From Nitriliruptoraceae bacterium (GTDB taxonomy: Bacteria > Actinomycetota > Nitriliruptoria > Nitriliruptorales > Nitriliruptoraceae), in the NCBI GenBank assembly GCA_007120465.1, contig SKNO01000149.1:1-62631 (forward strand): a stretch of 62,631 bases of DNA. The letters run 5' to 3'. Positions within the stretch are counted from its first letter, which is position 1. Every line of letters starts with the position of its first letter. The translations under genes and the position numbers were made by a program. This document shows positions 15,048 to 24,747 of this stretch, piece after piece. The notes below the pieces were generated by a model that had not been told where the DNA came from, did no database searches, and saw nothing but the letters and a program-made list of their open reading frames with translations.

Positions 15048-15949
15048 GCCTACCGCCGCCACCGCCACCGCCTCCGCCACCACCTCCGTCGGTGCCGCCG
15101 CCCCCGCCCCCGGCCCCCGAGCCCGAACGGGCGACCGGATGGGCCGGCCTGCGGAGCCTGCGCGACGAGCCGTCCCCCTACGGGGTCGTGCTGGCGCTGG
15201 TCGTGGTCCTGATCATGTCGCTGCCGAACCTGGTGTTCCTCGCGATCGACCGCGTGATCGACGTCCCCCTGGACGCGACGCGGACACCGAGCGACGCGGA
15301 GCTCATCTTCGGCCTGATCGTCGCGCTGGTGCTCCAACTCGTCATCTTCGTGGTGGCGCTGGTGCCGCTGATGATCCGGCGCCGCTTCGACCGTCGGCTG
15401 TTCGGCCCCTCACAACCGACCGGGTCCTGGATCGCGCTGGGGTTCGGTGCGGCAGCGGGGATGGTCTCGCTCTTCGCCGCGTACGGGGTGAACATCGGGC
15501 TGGCGCTGCTCCTCGGGATCGAGGATCCCGTCGAGCAGCAGCTCCTGCAGGACGCGTTGGCGGGCGGCCCGACGCTGGTGCTCGCCGTGATCATCGGCGT
15601 GGTGGTCGCGCCGATCGTGGAGGAGGTCATCTTCCGCGGCGTGCTGTTCCGCGCCCTCGGGGACCGGATCGGGGTGTGGTTCGGCGCGATCGTCTCGTCG
15701 GCGATCTTCGCGGTGATCCACGTCGAGGTGGTGCTCAGCCAGCCGGTCGCCCTCGGCGGGCTGTTCGCCGTCGGTCTGGTGCTCGCGCTGGCCTACCACT
15801 GGACGGGGAACCTGCTCGTGCCGATCCTGGGGCACGCGGTGTTCAACGCCGCCGCCTTCGGTCTGGCCCTGGCGATCGACCGCCTGGGGCTCGAGGAGCT
15901 GGCGATGGTGCTCCCGCTGTTGCCGGCGTTCGGGCCGGTCGGCGCCTGA
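15044..15949 (+). CDS. CPBP-family (CAAX-type) intramembrane glutamic protease with polyproline N-terminus
   Basis: ATG at 15044 overlaps the upstream stop (ATGA). EEVIFRGVLFRAL, FAVIHV and GHAVFNAAAF motifs. N-terminus is MSL-P12-SV-P6. Confidence 0.8.
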   Translation: MSLPPPPPPPPPPPPSVPPPPPPAPEPERATGWAGLRSLRDEPSPYGVVLALVVVLIMSLPNLVFLAIDRVIDVPLDATRTPSDAELIFGLIVALVLQLVIFVVALVPLMIRRRFDRRLFGPSQPTGSWIALGFGAAAGMVSLFAAYGVNIGLALLLGIEDPVEQQLLQDALAGGPTLVLAVIIGVVVAPIVEEVIFRGVLFRALGDRIGVWFGAIVSSAIFAVIHVEVVLSQPVALGGLFAVGLVLALAYHWTGNLLVPILGHAVFNAAAFGLALAIDRLGLEELAMVLPLLPAFGPVGA

Positions 15950-15967
15950 CGTCCGGCCACCTGGCGG

Positions 15968-17365
15968 TCAGTGGCGAAGGAGGCGCTCGGCGAGGGTCCT
16001 CCCGGTCGGAGGAACGCCGGTCCGTGCGGCCCGTGCGTCCAGGTGTGACAGCGCCCGTTGGAGGTAGCGGGCACCCAGCCAGCGGAGCGGTTCTGGTTCC
16101 CACCGGCGCGAGCGGTGACCGACCATCGGCAGGTCGCGGAACGGTGTGTCCCCGGTGACGATGAGGTCCGCGAGGATCCGCCCCGCGAGGTTGCTGGTCG
16201 CAACACCCTGGCCGGTGTACCCGAACGCCTCGGCGATCCCCGTGCGACGGTCGTGACGGATGTTGGGCATCCAGTCGCGCGGCATCGCGAGCGGCCCACC
16301 CCAGGCGTGGCTCAACCCGATCCCGGCGAGTGGTGGGAACCAGGTTCGCAGCTGGGCGCGGAGCAGCGCATGGGTGGGGTCGTGGCGGTCGAAGGCGGGG
16401 TCGATGCGCGAGCGGAAGTGGTACGGGGCACCGCGGCCGCCGAAGAGGACCCGACCGTCGGGGGTTCGGGAGAGGTAATCGACGGTGTAGCGATGCGAGG
16501 AGAGCAGCTCGTGGCCGTGCCAGCCGATCTCCTCCCACGTCGCCTCGTCGATCGGTTCGGTCAGCACGATCAGTGAGTACAGCGGGAGCACCGCGCGCCG
16601 ACGGCGAGGCAGCCGGGTGACCCAGGCCTCACTGGCGATGACCGCCACTTCGGCGTCGATCGTGCCCCGTGTCGTGACCACGCGCGGCCCTTGGCCGGCG
16701 GCGTCGGACCCGCGCGGCGCGCCGCGTGGTCGCACCTCGGTGACCGGGGTGTCTTCGACGATCGTCGCGCCCAACCGCTCGACGGTCCGTGCCAGCCCGC
16801 GGACGAGACGCCCGGGGTGGATCGCGGCAGCGTGCGGGTCGAACAGCGCCCCCTCGGCGCCGTTGATGCGGACGCGCTCCCGGAGTGCCTCCGCGGGGAG
16901 CAGGTCGATGCCGTCGGCGAGGCCGAGCTCCGCGAGCGTGCGGTAGCTGTCGCGCATGGCCGGTAGCTCGTGCCGTCCGCGCGCCACCCGCAGCATCCCG
17001 CCCTGGCGAGCGCAGGCATCGATGCCGTCCTCCGCGCACGCGCGGATCACCTCGGTCACCGTCTGGCGCATCGCCTCGACGGTCGCGCGGGCTGCGCCGG
17101 GGGAGCTCCTGCGCGCCAGCTCAGCGGGGCTGACGGCGATCCCGGGAGACAGCCAGGCACCGTTGCGCCCCGAGGCACCGAAGCCCGCGATGTTGGCCTC
17201 GCACACGAGGACATCGAGGCCGGGGTCGCGACGCAACAGCTCCCGCGCGGTCCACAGACCGGTGAAGCCGGCTCCGACGATCACGACGTCCGCACGGGTC
17301 GGTCCCGACAACCCTGGGCGGGGCGAGAGGCCGTCGTCGGCGTCCTCGAGCCAGTGGATCCTCAC
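15968..17365 (-). CDS. FAD-dependent oxidoreductase (DAO family, gamma-glutamylputrescine/amine oxidase-like)
   Basis: 465 aa. Dinucleotide fold DVVIVGAGFTGLW plus GASGRNGAW. Confidence 0.85.
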   Translation of the reverse strand: MRIHWLEDADDGLSPRPGLSGPTRADVVIVGAGFTGLWTARELLRRDPGLDVLVCEANIAGFGASGRNGAWLSPGIAVSPAELARRSSPGAARATVEAMRQTVTEVIRACAEDGIDACARQGGMLRVARGRHELPAMRDSYRTLAELGLADGIDLLPAEALRERVRINGAEGALFDPHAAAIHPGRLVRGLARTVERLGATIVEDTPVTEVRPRGAPRGSDAAGQGPRVVTTRGTIDAEVAVIASEAWVTRLPRRRRAVLPLYSLIVLTEPIDEATWEEIGWHGHELLSSHRYTVDYLSRTPDGRVLFGGRGAPYHFRSRIDPAFDRHDPTHALLRAQLRTWFPPLAGIGLSHAWGGPLAMPRDWMPNIRHDRRTGIAEAFGYTGQGVATSNLAGRILADLIVTGDTPFRDLPMVGHRSRRWEPEPLRWLGARYLQRALSHLDARAARTGVPPTGRTLAERLLRH

Positions 17366-18894
17366 GGCCCGCTTCGATCGAGGAGCTCGAGGGCGAGGCC
17401 GTACGCGACGAGGTGCTCACCGGACCGGGGGTCGCGTCCGGTGAGCTCACGGATCCGGTCCAGGCGGTAGGTGAGGGTGTGTCGGTGCACGCAGAGCTGC
17501 TCCGCGGCCGGCCCCGGGCGGCAGCCGTGGGCGAAGTAGGCCCGGAGCGTCGCGATCAGTTGGCCGGAACCGTCCTGGTCGCGGTCCAGGATCGGGCCGA
17601 GCACCTCCGTCACGAAGTCCGCCGCACCGAGGTCGTCGCGGATCCCGGCGAGCAACCCCGGCAGGCCGAGGGAGTCCACGTCCCGGATCCGGCTCTGGCC
17701 GGCGAGGTTGAGGGCGACCGCGGCCTCCCGCATCGCCGCGCGGAGGGCGTCCAGCTCGGACTTGGCACGACTCCGACCAACGTGGACGCCCGTCCAGCCA
17801 CGGCGATCGAGCGCCGCGGCGACGCGCTCGGCGGCGTCGCTCGGCTCGGGGACCACGGCATGGATCGTCCCGTCGAGGTGTCCGAGGAGCGGTGTGCCCA
17901 GCGCGACGAGCGCGTCCTCGACGAGGGTGCACAGCGCGGCATCCTCGATCCCCGTCGGGCGGTCCACGGCGAGCACGCGGAAGCGCTCGAAGGGCTTGGC
18001 GCCGAGCCGCACGAAGGCACGCTCCACGACGGAGGCCGTGGCCCGTCCGGCGGCGATCTCCTCGAGCAGCTCATCGACGCGGGTGCGATGGGCTTCCCGC
18101 ACCGACCGGTTCCTGGCGAGTTCGAGGCTCACGCCCGCGACGCCCTGTTCGAACAGCAGCACCTCGTGTTCCAGCAGCGGCTCCCGGCTGATCGCGATCA
18201 TCACCGCTTCCACGTGATCGCCGAGCACGATCGCCGTGCTCCGGATCCACCGTCCACCGTGCTGCTGCTCACGCGTGCGCTCGCCCGGACACCTCTCCCA
18301 GATCTCTGCGGGGTCGAGCGCCTCAGCGATCCCGGACGGATCGATCCGTGCCAGCTCGCCGCCGGCGAAGTCGAGCGTGACGAGGGCCGTGCCGGGCATG
18401 GCTCGGGCCACCGTCGACAGCACCCCATCCAACCCGTCCTCGCGGACGATCCCTGCCAGCACCTGGCGGTGGAGGTCCACCGCCTGGCCGAGGGTCGCGA
18501 AGTGCTCCTCGAATGCGTGGTGGGCGACCCGACGGCTGACCGCGATGAAGGGGATCTCGTAGGGCATCGTGAACAGGGGCAGCTCGTGCTCGTCGCAGGC
18601 TGCGAGCATGGCGGGAGGAACGTCAGCGACCGAGACGCCCATCGCGAAGCCGAGCGCGACGATGCCACGGTCGGCGACGCCGGCGACGAACCGCCGCTGG
18701 AGCTGCTCGTCGTCCTTGACACCGAGCGCCGTGGTCAGCAGCAGCTCGCCGCCCTCGAGCCAGGGCGTGGGATCGGGCAGCTCGGAGATGTGCGCCCACC
18801 GGATCGGACCGCGACGGTCCACGCCGGCGTGACCCGCGACGAGCTTGGCTCCCAATCCCGGGTCAGCGAGCAGCTCAGACAGCCACAGCGGCAT
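17362..18894 (-). CDS. PucR/CdaR-family transcriptional regulator
   Basis: Start taken at the ATG giving MPLWLSELLADPGL (PucR N-domain, WAHISELPDPTPWLEGGELLLTT). C-terminal HTH (LCVHRHTLTYRLDRIRELTG). The upstream 86 codons of ORF 17362..19152 look non-coding. Confidence 0.85.
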   Translation of the reverse strand: MPLWLSELLADPGLGAKLVAGHAGVDRRGPIRWAHISELPDPTPWLEGGELLLTTALGVKDDEQLQRRFVAGVADRGIVALGFAMGVSVADVPPAMLAACDEHELPLFTMPYEIPFIAVSRRVAHHAFEEHFATLGQAVDLHRQVLAGIVREDGLDGVLSTVARAMPGTALVTLDFAGGELARIDPSGIAEALDPAEIWERCPGERTREQQHGGRWIRSTAIVLGDHVEAVMIAISREPLLEHEVLLFEQGVAGVSLELARNRSVREAHRTRVDELLEEIAAGRATASVVERAFVRLGAKPFERFRVLAVDRPTGIEDAALCTLVEDALVALGTPLLGHLDGTIHAVVPEPSDAAERVAAALDRRGWTGVHVGRSRAKSELDALRAAMREAAVALNLAGQSRIRDVDSLGLPGLLAGIRDDLGAADFVTEVLGPILDRDQDGSGQLIATLRAYFAHGCRPGPAAEQLCVHRHTLTYRLDRIRELTGRDPRSGEHLVAYGLALELLDRSGP

Positions 18895-19316
18895 CGGCGT
18901 CCTGGCCTCGTCCCACCGCCGAGGATACTGCGCGCCGCCGCGTCCACGAGGTGCGGCAGCTCGCTCGGTCTCCGCGTACCCGACGAGATGCGCCAACTGG
19001 CCTGCTCCCCTGTTCGCCGACCGACGATAGAGGGTGCACGACCTCCTGGCCTGGGCCAGACCCACCACCCGGGTCCCGGACCGTTGGCCGTTCGGCCAGG
19101 ACACCCGGCGGGTTCGCCACCTGGCCAACGATCCCCAACCGGGATGAGCCAACTTTCCAGCGACACGCCGTCGTCCTGCCCCTACCGTTCGCCACGGCGG
19201 CCCTGCGGAGCGTGGGGTCCGGGAGGTGCGGTCCGGGACGGGAGTCCGGGCCGAGCCGACGCAACCCTCGACGGTGCCGCACCCGTCGTGCCAGACGATG
19301 CTGAGACGAGGACCGC

Positions 19317-20747
19317 ATGCGTGAGACGTTGAACCTGATCGGTGGCAAGCTCCAGTCCGCGAAGGAGGGTCGGACCCTCGACCTGGTCGATCCGGTGACC
19401 GGCAAGGTGGCGGGCAACGCGCCCCTGTCGGGGCCGGAGGACGTCGACGCCGCCTGTCGCGCGGCCGCGGACGCGTTCACGACCTGGCGTGACAGCACCC
19501 CCGCGGAGCGCAGCCTCGCGATGCTGAGGATCGCTGACGCCCTCGAGGAACGTGGGGAGGAACTGATCCGCGCCGAGTGTGAGAACACGGGCAAGCCCTT
19601 CAAGCTCACCTTGGACGGGGAGCTGCCCGACGCGATCGATCAGATCCGGTTCTTCGCGGGCGCGGCCCGGGTGCTCGAGGGACGGTCGGCCGGGGAGTAC
19701 ATGCGGGGGCACACCTCGATGATCCGGCGCGAGCCGATCGGGGTGTGCGCGCAGGTCACCCCGTGGAACTACCCGATGATGATGGCCGTCTGGAAGTGGT
19801 GCCCGGCGATCGCCGCCGGCAACACGATCGTGCTCAAGCCGTCGGACACGACCCCGGTCTCCACCGTGCTGATGGCCGAGGTCATGAGCGAGTTCCTGCC
19901 CGACGGGGTGATCAACGTCGTGTGCGGTGACCGCGACACGGGCCGGGCGCTCGTCAGCCACGAGGTGCCTGAACTCGTGTCGGTCACCGGGTCGGTCCGG
20001 GCGGGCATGGAGGTCGCCGAGGCGGTATCTCGGGACCTCAAGCGCACCCACCTCGAGCTCGGCGGTAAGGCGCCAGTGATCGTGTTCGATGACGCGGACC
20101 TCGAGGCTGCCGCCGAGGGCATCGCGGGTGCGGGCTACTTCAACGCCGGACAGGACTGCACGGCCGCCACGCGGGTGCTCGCCGGCCCCAGGATCCACGA
20201 CGACCTGGTCGCCGCACTCGCGGAGCAGGCCCGGAACACGAGGACCGGGGACCCCTTCGACGAGGACGAACCGGACTACGGCCCGCTGAACAACGTGAAC
20301 CAGCACGAGCGGGTCACGGGCTTCCTCGAGCGCAAGCCCGACCACGTCGAGGTGGTTGCCGGTGGCAGCCCGATGGTGCGCGACGGCTTCTTCTTCGAAC
20401 CCACCGTGGTCGCCGGCCTCGAGCAGGACGACGAGATGACCCAGACCGAGATCTTCGGACCGGTGATCACCGTGCAGGGCTTCAGCGACGAGGCGCAGGC
20501 CCTCGAGTGGGCCAACGGCGTCAAGTACGGCCTGGCCTCCAGCGTGTGGACCAGGGACCACGGCCGGGCGATGCGCATCGCGCGCGGGCTCGACTTCGGG
20601 GCGGTGTGGATCAACACCCACATCCCGATCGTCGCCGAGATGCCGCACGGCGGGTTCAAGCACTCCGGGCACGGCAAGGACCTGTCCATGTACAGCCTGG
20701 AGGACTACACCCGGATCAAGCACGTGATGAGCAACATCGAGGACTGA
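19317..20747 (+). CDS. NAD-dependent aldehyde dehydrogenase (aminobutyraldehyde/succinate-semialdehyde dehydrogenase-like)
   Basis: 476 aa. [16 protein letters not shown] and catalytic GQDCTAATR. Confidence 0.9.
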   Translation: MRETLNLIGGKLQSAKEGRTLDLVDPVTGKVAGNAPLSGPEDVDAACRAAADAFTTWRDSTPAERSLAMLRIADALEERGEELIRAECENTGKPFKLTLDGELPDAIDQIRFFAGAARVLEGRSAGEYMRGHTSMIRREPIGVCAQVTPWNYPMMMAVWKWCPAIAAGNTIVLKPSDTTPVSTVLMAEVMSEFLPDGVINVVCGDRDTGRALVSHEVPELVSVTGSVRAGMEVAEAVSRDLKRTHLELGGKAPVIVFDDADLEAAAEGIAGAGYFNAGQDCTAATRVLAGPRIHDDLVAALAEQARNTRTGDPFDEDEPDYGPLNNVNQHERVTGFLERKPDHVEVVAGGSPMVRDGFFFEPTVVAGLEQDDEMTQTEIFGPVITVQGFSDEAQALEWANGVKYGLASSVWTRDHGRAMRIARGLDFGAVWINTHIPIVAEMPHGGFKHSGHGKDLSMYSLEDYTRIKHVMSNIED

Positions 20748-20827
20748 GGCACGTACCCGACGAGGTTCTCCCGGGATGGGAGAGCGAGGCCGGTCGGACC
20801 GGACGGCCGGCCCGAGAGGGGTTGAAC

Positions 20828-22198
20828 ATGACCACCAGCCCGCAGCTCAACGACGGCAACCTGTGGCTGCACTTCACCCGCACGTCCGACTGGATCAGCG
20901 ACCAGCCGACGGTGCCGGTGATCGACCGCGGGGAGGGATGCTACGTCTGGGACACCGACGGCAAGCGCTACCTCGACGCCCTGTCGGCCCTGTTCTGCGC
21001 CCAGCTCGGGTACGGCCAGCAGAAGCTGGTCGACGCGGCCAGGGCCCAGTTCGAGGCGCTGCCGTTCGCCACCAACTGGGGGTGGTCGCACCAGCCGGCG
21101 ATCGACCTGGCGGCGGCGCTCGCCGAGCGCTTCCCCGGGGACCTCGACCACTTCTTCTTCGTCAACTCCGGCTCCGAGGCGGTCGAGTCGGCGATGAAGC
21201 TCGCGATCCAGTACCACCGGATGCGCGGCGAGGACCGCTGGAAGTTCATCTCGCGCAACTACGCCTACCACGGCACGAGCTTCGGGGCGCTCGGGATGAC
21301 CGGCCTCCCCGGGTTGCGCAAGATGTTCGAGCCGCTGCGACCGGGGCACTTCCACGCGCCCAACACCAACGAGTACCGCTGCTCGGCGTCGCAGCAGTGC
21401 CCGCCCTGCGACCTGGCGTGTGCCCGTTCGATCGAGCACATCGTCCGGGCGGAAGGCCCCGATCAGATCGCCGCGGTCTTCGTCGAACCGGTGCAGAACG
21501 CCGGAGGGTGCTTCACGCCCCCCGACGGCTACCTCGAGGAGGTCCGCCGGATCTGTGACGAGTACGGCATCCTGATGGTCTCCGACGAGGTGATCTGCGG
21601 GTTCGGGCGACTGGGCTACTGGACCGGTGCGGAGGCCTACGGCTACCTGCCGGACATGATCACCTTCGCGAAGGGCGTCACCTCCGCGTACCAGCCGCTC
21701 GGCGGGGTCGGGTTCCGGCGGCACATCGGCGAGGTCCTCGGTGCCGATCCGACCTCGATGTACCTGCACGGGTCCACGTGGGGCGGCCACCCGGTCGCCG
21801 CAGCCGTTGCCCTGGCCAACCTCGAGGTGTTCGAGGAGCTGGCGGTGCTCGACAACGTCCGCAAGAACGGGCCGTGGTTCGGGGAGCAGCTCTGGGACCT
21901 GCACGATCGCCACCGGATCGTGGGGGACGTGCGCGGCACCGGGTACTTCTGGGCGTTGGAGCTCGTCAAGGATCGTGAGCACAAGGTCGGGTTCGACGAC
22001 GAGGAGTCCGAGCGCCTGCTCCGCGGGTTCCTCTCGAAGCGGCTCATGGAGCTGGGCCTGATCTGCCGAGCCGACGACCGTGACGAGCCGGTGATCCAGC
22101 TGTCCCCGCCGCTGATCGCGACCCGCACCGAGCTGGGGGAGATCGTCGCCATCCTCGACCAGGTCCTCACGGAGGCAGCCGACGAGATGCGGGCATGA
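20828..22198 (+). CDS. Class-III (omega-amine) aminotransferase
   Basis: ATG at 20828 within ORF 20507..22198. IDRGEGCYVWDTDGKRYLD, DEVICGFGRLG and PLP-Lys FAKGVTSAY. Confidence 0.9.
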   Translation: MTTSPQLNDGNLWLHFTRTSDWISDQPTVPVIDRGEGCYVWDTDGKRYLDALSALFCAQLGYGQQKLVDAARAQFEALPFATNWGWSHQPAIDLAAALAERFPGDLDHFFFVNSGSEAVESAMKLAIQYHRMRGEDRWKFISRNYAYHGTSFGALGMTGLPGLRKMFEPLRPGHFHAPNTNEYRCSASQQCPPCDLACARSIEHIVRAEGPDQIAAVFVEPVQNAGGCFTPPDGYLEEVRRICDEYGILMVSDEVICGFGRLGYWTGAEAYGYLPDMITFAKGVTSAYQPLGGVGFRRHIGEVLGADPTSMYLHGSTWGGHPVAAAVALANLEVFEELAVLDNVRKNGPWFGEQLWDLHDRHRIVGDVRGTGYFWALELVKDREHKVGFDDEESERLLRGFLSKRLMELGLICRADDRDEPVIQLSPPLIATRTELGEIVAILDQVLTEAADEMRA

Positions 22199-23325
22199 GC
22201 GGATCGGGGATGCGCAGCGTCTCGATCGGGCTGCCGACCGAGGTCAAGCAGGGCGAGCAGCGGGTGGCGCTGACGCCCTCCGCCGTCGCGCTGGCGATCC
22301 AGCGCGGGCATCGCGTCCTGGTCCAGGCCGGCGCCGGCCGCGGCGCCGGCTTCCCGGACGCCGCCTACGAGACCGTCGGTGCCAAGCTGGTCGACGACGC
22401 CGCGGAGGTGTGGAGCACGGACGTCGTCGTGAAGGTCAAGGAGCCGCAGGAGACCGAGTACGCCCACCTCCGCGACGGCCTGACCCTGTTCGCCTACCTC
22501 CACCTCGCAGCGGAACCCGCGCTGACCACCGTCCTGGTCGACTCGGGGGCCCGTGCGTACGCCTTCGAGACGCTGACCGACCGCCACGGTCTGCCGCTGC
22601 TCGCCCCGATGTCCGAGATCGCCGGACGGGCCGCGGCGATCGTGGGCGCCGCACACCTGTCTTCGGTGCACGGTGGATCGGGCACGCTCGCCGGCGGGGC
22701 GGCAGGGGTGCCGCCGGCGAAGGCCGTGGTGATCGGCATGGGCGTCGCCGGCACGATGGCGGCCCGGGGTCTGCGGGGGCTCGATGCCCACGTGACCGGC
22801 GTGGACGTCGACCTGCAGCGCCTGTACGACCACCATCTCGACGGCACCATCGATGCGACGCAGGTGAGCGAGCCGGAACTCGTGGGCAGCCACATCCGCG
22901 ACGCCGACGTCGTCATCGGCGCGGCGCTGGTGCCCGGGGCCAGGGCGCCGGTGGTGGTCGCCGAGGAGCACGTCGCGTCGATGCGCCCCGGGTCGGTGGT
23001 CGTCGACCTCGCGATCGATCAGGGTGGCTGCGTCGCGACGTCGCGACCGACCTCGCTGGCGGCGCCGACCTTCGTGGCGCACGGTGTCGTGCACTACTGC
23101 GTCACCAACGTGCCGGGCCAGTTCCCCCGCACCGCGTCGTCGGCGCTGTCCGCCGCGGTCGCACCCCGATTGCTGCACCTCGCCGACGACGTCGCCGCGG
23201 GACGGGCGGGGACCCATGACGGTTCGCCCGCCCTCCCGGGGGCGCTCAATGTCGCCGATGGGGTCCTGATCCATCCGGCGGTGGCGGACGCCTTCCCCCA
23301 GCACCCACGGAGCGACACCACGTGA
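22195..23325 (+). CDS. ald: Alanine dehydrogenase family protein, copy 1
   Basis: 376 aa. Start overlaps the aminotransferase stop; an alternative ATG is at 22210. EVKQGEQRVALTPSAV, PLLAPMSEIAGR, VIGMGVAGTMAA. Confidence 0.85.
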   Translation: MSGSGMRSVSIGLPTEVKQGEQRVALTPSAVALAIQRGHRVLVQAGAGRGAGFPDAAYETVGAKLVDDAAEVWSTDVVVKVKEPQETEYAHLRDGLTLFAYLHLAAEPALTTVLVDSGARAYAFETLTDRHGLPLLAPMSEIAGRAAAIVGAAHLSSVHGGSGTLAGGAAGVPPAKAVVIGMGVAGTMAARGLRGLDAHVTGVDVDLQRLYDHHLDGTIDATQVSEPELVGSHIRDADVVIGAALVPGARAPVVVAEEHVASMRPGSVVVDLAIDQGGCVATSRPTSLAAPTFVAHGVVHYCVTNVPGQFPRTASSALSAAVAPRLLHLADDVAAGRAGTHDGSPALPGALNVADGVLIHPAVADAFPQHPRSDTT

Positions 23326-24689
23326 CTCGCCGCGGTCTCAGCATCTGGCTGGACGCAGCGGACCCACCGGGCTCGCCGCTCATCGGCGACGTCCACGCCG
23401 ACGTCGTGGTCATCGGGGCCGGCTTCACCGGGTTGTGGACCGCGATCGAGCTCACCGATCGTGACCGGTCGCTCGAGGTGGTGGTGCTCGAGTCCGAGAC
23501 GGTCGCGCACGGAGCGTCGGGTCGCAACGGTGGGTTCATCGATGCCTCGCTGACCCACGGCCTGCACAACGGGCTGGCGCACTTCCCGGACGAGATCGAC
23601 GAGCTGATCCGTCTGGGCAACGACAACCTGGCCGCGATCTTCGCCTTCGTGCGCGAGCACGGGATCGATGCCGACCTGCTCAGCGTGGGGGAGACGGCGG
23701 TCGCTACCGAGCCGTGGCAGGTGGAGGAGCTCGCCGAGGCGGTCGAGGTGTTCGAGCGCGCCGGTGAGCGCGTCCAGCTCCTCGACGCGGACCAGATGCG
23801 CAAGCGGGTCGACTCGCCCACCTACCTCGCCGGACTCCACCGCCCGGACTCGGCCGGCACCGTCGATCCCGGCGCGCTCGCCCGGGGACTGGCCCGTGTC
23901 GCGCGCGAACGAGGGGTCGTGATCCACGAGCGCAGCGCGGTCACCTCGCTCGTCCGGGACGGGGGCGTGCTCGTCCGCACGGCCCAGGGGAGCGTGCGGG
24001 CCGAGCAGGCGGTGCTGGCCACCAACGCCTACAGCCACCGCGTCCTGCCGCGCGTCGGTCGCTGGTTCGTCCCCGTCTACGACTACGTCCTCGCCACAGC
24101 TCCCCTCACCGCGGATCAGCTCGGGCGCATCGGCTGGGAGGGCCGAGAGGGACTGGCCGACTCGGCCAACCAGTTCCACTACTACCGCCTCACGCCCGAC
24201 GACCGGATCCTGTGGGGTGGCTACGACGCGATCTACCGGTTCGGGAGCCGGGTCGACCCGGCATGCGACCATCGTCGGGCGACCTACGACCTGCTGGCCC
24301 GCAACTTCCGTCGCACCTTCCCGCAGCTCGATGACGTGCCCTTCGAACGGTGGTGGGGGGGTCCGATCGCGACGACCACGCGGTTCACCGTCACCTTCGG
24401 CGAGGAGCTGGGCGGGCGGGTGGTGTGGGCGCTCGGCTACACCGGACTGGGGGTCGCCGCGTCGCGGTTCGCTGCCCAGGTCCTGGGGGACAAGCTGCTG
24501 GACCCGAGCTCGCGTCGGCTGGACCTGCGGCTGGCGTCCACCAAGCCGTTCCCCTTCCCGCCGGAGCCGTTGCGGTGGGCCGGGGTCCAACTGACCCGCC
24601 GCGCGATCGCCGCGGCGGACCGTCGGGAGGGCCGCCGTGGGCCGTGGCTGTCCACCCTGGACCGGTTCGGGATCGGGTTCGACTCATGA
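23322..24689 (+). CDS. FAD-dependent oxidoreductase (DAO family)
   Basis: 455 aa. GTGA overlap with ald. DVVVIGAGFTGLW and GASGRNGGF. Confidence 0.85.
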   Translation: MTRRGLSIWLDAADPPGSPLIGDVHADVVVIGAGFTGLWTAIELTDRDRSLEVVVLESETVAHGASGRNGGFIDASLTHGLHNGLAHFPDEIDELIRLGNDNLAAIFAFVREHGIDADLLSVGETAVATEPWQVEELAEAVEVFERAGERVQLLDADQMRKRVDSPTYLAGLHRPDSAGTVDPGALARGLARVARERGVVIHERSAVTSLVRDGGVLVRTAQGSVRAEQAVLATNAYSHRVLPRVGRWFVPVYDYVLATAPLTADQLGRIGWEGREGLADSANQFHYYRLTPDDRILWGGYDAIYRFGSRVDPACDHRRATYDLLARNFRRTFPQLDDVPFERWWGGPIATTTRFTVTFGEELGGRVVWALGYTGLGVAASRFAAQVLGDKLLDPSSRRLDLRLASTKPFPFPPEPLRWAGVQLTRRAIAAADRREGRRGPWLSTLDRFGIGFDS

Positions 24690-24747
24690 TCGAATGGCGG
24701 GAGATCGAGCAGGACCGCCGCGGGGGCGCCGGCGGTGGGAGGGGACG

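Noticed and set aside
15050-15125. CCG/CCA-rich nucleotide repeat as a non-coding microsatellite or spacer-repeat array
   Set aside because: It is in frame with, and directly follows, the coupled ATG of the CPBP protease gene. Interpreted as a coding polyproline tract.
17362-19152. Full 596-aa version of the PucR regulator ORF
   Set aside because: The first 86 codons are Trp/Arg-rich with no PucR similarity. The conserved PucR N-domain begins at the internal Met (start 18894).
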